Origin: Azolla caroliniana
Lineage: Eukaryota > Plantae > Polypodiophyta
Direction of reading: 5' to 3'
NCBI GenBank assembly: GCA_043228905.1
Contig: JBHGNT010000011.1
Location: forward strand, 21,390,001 to 21,454,000
DNA: 64,000 nucleotides
The notes beneath the pieces are model-generated. The model searched no databases. It saw only the letters and a list, made by a program, of their open reading frames with translations, and was not told the DNA's origin. Numbering within the stretch: position 1 is the stretch's first letter; the number at the start of each line of letters is the position of its first letter. This document shows positions 60,909 to 64,000 of this stretch, one piece after another. Position numbers and translations under genes: made by a program.

Positions 60909-63110
60909 AACCAAGTATTTTATTGGATTGCTAGCTACCTGAGTGACTCTCAAAAGTAGCCCTCTTCTAGTTAACAATTTACGTCGCTTAAACATGTGCC
61001 CATGCTTTCAATTCATATGCCAATACCTTGCCTAGGAGGAATTGAATTAGAGGATATATATCTTCTTGTGGCAAGACATGTCACACCATGTCCTTGAGTT
61101 TGTGTGCATTGTTTCGTGCCATGAAAAACATGGTAGAACCCTTTTTCTTGTGTCTTGTTGTAAACCTATTAGCATATCATAGTAGTCATGTTTTTGTTCA
61201 TCGCATTTGTTACCTACCATTTGACGAGAATAAGCCATATGACTTCCGATGGGAGTTTTAAATTTTTCTTTTTCCTAAGATAAAAAAAAAGAACTTAACA
61301 ATAAATAGGGATAATAAAAGAGGGACTTTGGGGACTTGACACTACTAAATTTTTATAGTAAATGTATAGTCATTTTATTTTTAATAAATAAATAAAATAA
61401 AATAAAGGCTCATTAATTTCTCACTTTTTATTTCCTCAAAATTTATGGATATTTTTATCTTGACATTAAAAATGGTACTTCAAACTAATCATATCTTCAA
61501 AGTTCATACTAATAGTAAGCATATTTGTATAATAAATATAAAAATATTCGTTTTTAAAAAATTAATTAATTAAAATAAGTTTCATAAACTCTCTTGACAC
61601 TATAATCTATTAATGAATAATTGTTTTTTTTTGTGAAATACATTTATTTAAATAAATAAATAAATTTTTATATTTATTTTACAAAACAAATGGTTTTTTA
61701 ATATTCTTGGGGCCATTTTGTATTCTCGAATATTGAGAATACTGCGCATGGAGAATATCGCGAACATCACGCATGTGTCAATCTATGGTTGCCATGAAAA
61801 TACTCTAGATCATGCGACGATATTAGAAAAATAATACATTTTTTATTCGAAATACAATGGACAGAAGATGATTTATCATTTGATAAGCCATTTCATTAAA
61901 TTTTGTTGAAGCTTTATGGGTATTTGACCATCATTTTACACATTATATTAATTGACAAGGGTGGGGGTGCACTCTATTCGTGAAGATTCCATAAATACAA
62001 TGGTCTTTGCGATAGCTCCATGGTGTGGTTTTCTCAAGATCTTGCAATAACATTTATTGTAATGTTAATTTTGATTTTGCGCACACTTCAATTCGTTAAG
62101 AAAATAATGACTACACATTTAATAAGCCAAATTAGGACCCGTTAGTTCATTGATAAACCGACGCATTAGTCTGTTTCTTTTTGTGCTCAACCCTAACTAT
62201 ATCTATTTGTAAAACATCACTTACCACGTTAGTATACTATTTCAAGCTTGTCCCTCAATCTATCTAGGTTCACGTTTGGTTTCATGCCCTTTCAGTTTCG
62301 TGATTTTAGAATTTAAACACCTTAAAATGTTATGGCACCGTTGAACATAAACAGTGATCTAACTACATTGTAGTCTTGGCATAACCATAACTCACAAAAA
62401 ATTTGTACATATAATTATTGAGCTTCGGTATTGTGTTGGCACAACCCTTAACATAAATCGTTTGCATGTCTTGGATGAGTCGTGGCATTCATCCCCATCA
62501 TTGGATCTGAGTGATAGTATGATAGTGAAATTTATATCATGCAAGCTATTTTGAGTTAGAGATGGAGTGCAAGATTGATCAACATCCAAGGCAAGGTCCA
62601 TTTACAAACTCAACACCTCTCTATCTTTCTATATGCATACGAAGCATGCATCGCTCAAACTTTGCAAGATATGGGACTTGGCACAAGGTTTCCCATTACA
62701 CCCTCGCTATAAAGTATAAAATCACACACGTGTCTATTGAAGCACTGACAATCAAGTTATTTAGTACATGACAAAACACATGTGACCAAGCAACAAGGTT
62801 TATGAGATTAGGGTGCAAAAAACTTTCCTAATCGGGCAACTAATGGGTGCACGGCATATATCTTGGAAATTTGATTGTCGGCACACTTTCTATATGGACG
62901 TGTGCACGGAAACTATGTGAGTGTTGATAACCGACCACAGAGTCCCTAGGCATGATATTGAGTTTTAGGGGTTCCTATTGGAGATTAACAACACCATGTT
63001 TTTGAAAGAGTCTTACAAATTACAATTGGGGGGGTTGGGTGAACTCTACAAACGCAAAAAAACAGAACAAAAAGCAAAACAGATAGCAAAACTCTACTAA
63101 GCTGGACAAC

Positions 63111-63287
63111 ATGAGTAGGCCCGAAGATGAAGATGAAGATGAAGAAGCAGAAGCAGCAGCAGACGGCGAGGGAGAAGGAGAAGCAGCAGCAAAAGACATC
63201 CATGGCGTGAATACTCCTCTTCTTCCCTACTCAAAGATGATATCCTACCCTGCACCAGAATCGATATTAGAGGAGAGCGAAACATAG
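63111..63287 (+). promoter_or_regulatory. 58-aa upstream ORF (or alternative first exon) in frame with SMG1
   Basis: ATG 63111 MSRPEDEDEDEEAEAAADGEGEGEAAAKD...ESET* lies in the same frame as the SMG1 ATG at 63351. An overlapping +1-frame uORF spans 63127-63210. Confidence 0.5.
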
Positions 63288-63350
63288 CCAGACACATACA
63301 TACACATAAAGGCAGGCGCAAACCCAAAGAACTTAGAGACCACATAGCCA

Positions 63351-64000
63351 ATGGATCGATTGGTGCCTCCAAATGGAAGACCAAATGTTCCTCTCCCTGG
63401 GGCTCCTTCAGAGAGGTTCTTATCGTGGTGTCTACCTCTTCTTTCTAATGCAAACTCTAATGGTGAGGCTGCCGAGGTTGCTCTTCTCTCTCTCCACGAA
63501 TTTCTCACTGCATGCGAACCAGCCTCCATAGAAAGGTACATAACTTCTATTCTTAGGTCTTGTCAAGCTCTACTGGAGGACGAAGCGACACCTTTGAATA
63601 TACTCCGGCCTTTGCTTGGCATACTCACGGTGTTAGCTAACCGATTTAACCCTATTTTTGAACCTCATTTTGCCGATCTCGTGGACCTCTTACTTGGTTG
63701 GGCTTTGATGCCTGATTTATCAGAGTCAGATCGGAATCTTATTACGGACAGTTTCTTGCATTTCCAGAAGCTTTGGGCAGGAAACTTGCCATTTTCGTCA
63801 AATTTGTTGTGCAAATTCTTGGGTGATATGGAGGTTTTGGCTCAAGATGCCATCCCGGGATCATTGAATCAACCAAGGAGATTATGGGCTTTGGCTTCGT
63901 GTTTTGTGGCCGTTTTAAGAGCTACTTCTTCAGGAATCTTGGAATTTGGATTCAAAGAAGAATCGTTAGATTCCTTTCGCATGCTCTTGCCTCGTTTGAT
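63351..64000 (+). CDS. SMG1: Serine/threonine-protein kinase SMG1 (PIKK, nonsense-mediated decay), 5' part; runs off the window
   Basis: Open frame to the window end: ...CQALLEDEATPL...FEPHFADLVDLLLGWALMPDLSESDR..ITDSFLHFQKLW..NLPFS..LLCKFLGDMEVL, matching the remembered N-terminal HEAT region of plant SMG1. The exact start codon is uncertain. Confidence 0.88.
   Translation, partial: MDRLVPPNGRPNVPLPGAPSERFLSWCLPLLSNANSNGEAAEVALLSLHEFLTACEPASIERYITSILRSCQALLEDEATPLNILRPLLGILTVLANRFNPIFEPHFADLVDLLLGWALMPDLSESDRNLITDSFLHFQKLWAGNLPFSSNLLCKFLGDMEVLAQDAIPGSLNQPRRLWALASCFVAVLRATSSGILEFGFKEESLDSFRMLLPRL

Noticed and set aside
61721-61741. Hairpin TATTCTC-GAATATT-GAGAATA in the PPR-SMG1 intergenic region
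   Set aside because: A 7-bp stem in AT-rich DNA is expected by chance.

Overview
AT-rich eukaryotic nuclear DNA from a land plant. A fern or other seed-free lineage is likely; this is inferred from the long intronless PLS-E PPR, the presence of SMG1 and the abundant L1-type LINEs. Six genes are supported: exon 1 of a conserved unknown plant protein carrying a 21-aa repeat insert (-), prefoldin subunit 2 (+), a greatly expanded two-exon SHINE/WIN1-clade AP2/ERF factor (-), a 13-exon organellar MnmG/GidA tRNA-modification enzyme (-), a 1303-aa PLS-E PPR protein (-), and the 5' end of the NMD kinase SMG1 (+). Intergenic DNA is mostly decayed mobile elements: four LINE copies, Ty3/gypsy and Ty1/copia relics, and hAT-like MITEs. 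The most unusual signals are a 131-bp TRIM-like LTR-PBS-PPT-LTR element with a hairpin LTR, a telomeric-repeat filler in telomerase register at a LINE 5' junction, in-frame uORFs in the SMG1 leader, a plastid 16S fragment in the mnmG intron, and a degenerate array of the PPR start region. All calls come from reading the sequence by eye; no searches were run.
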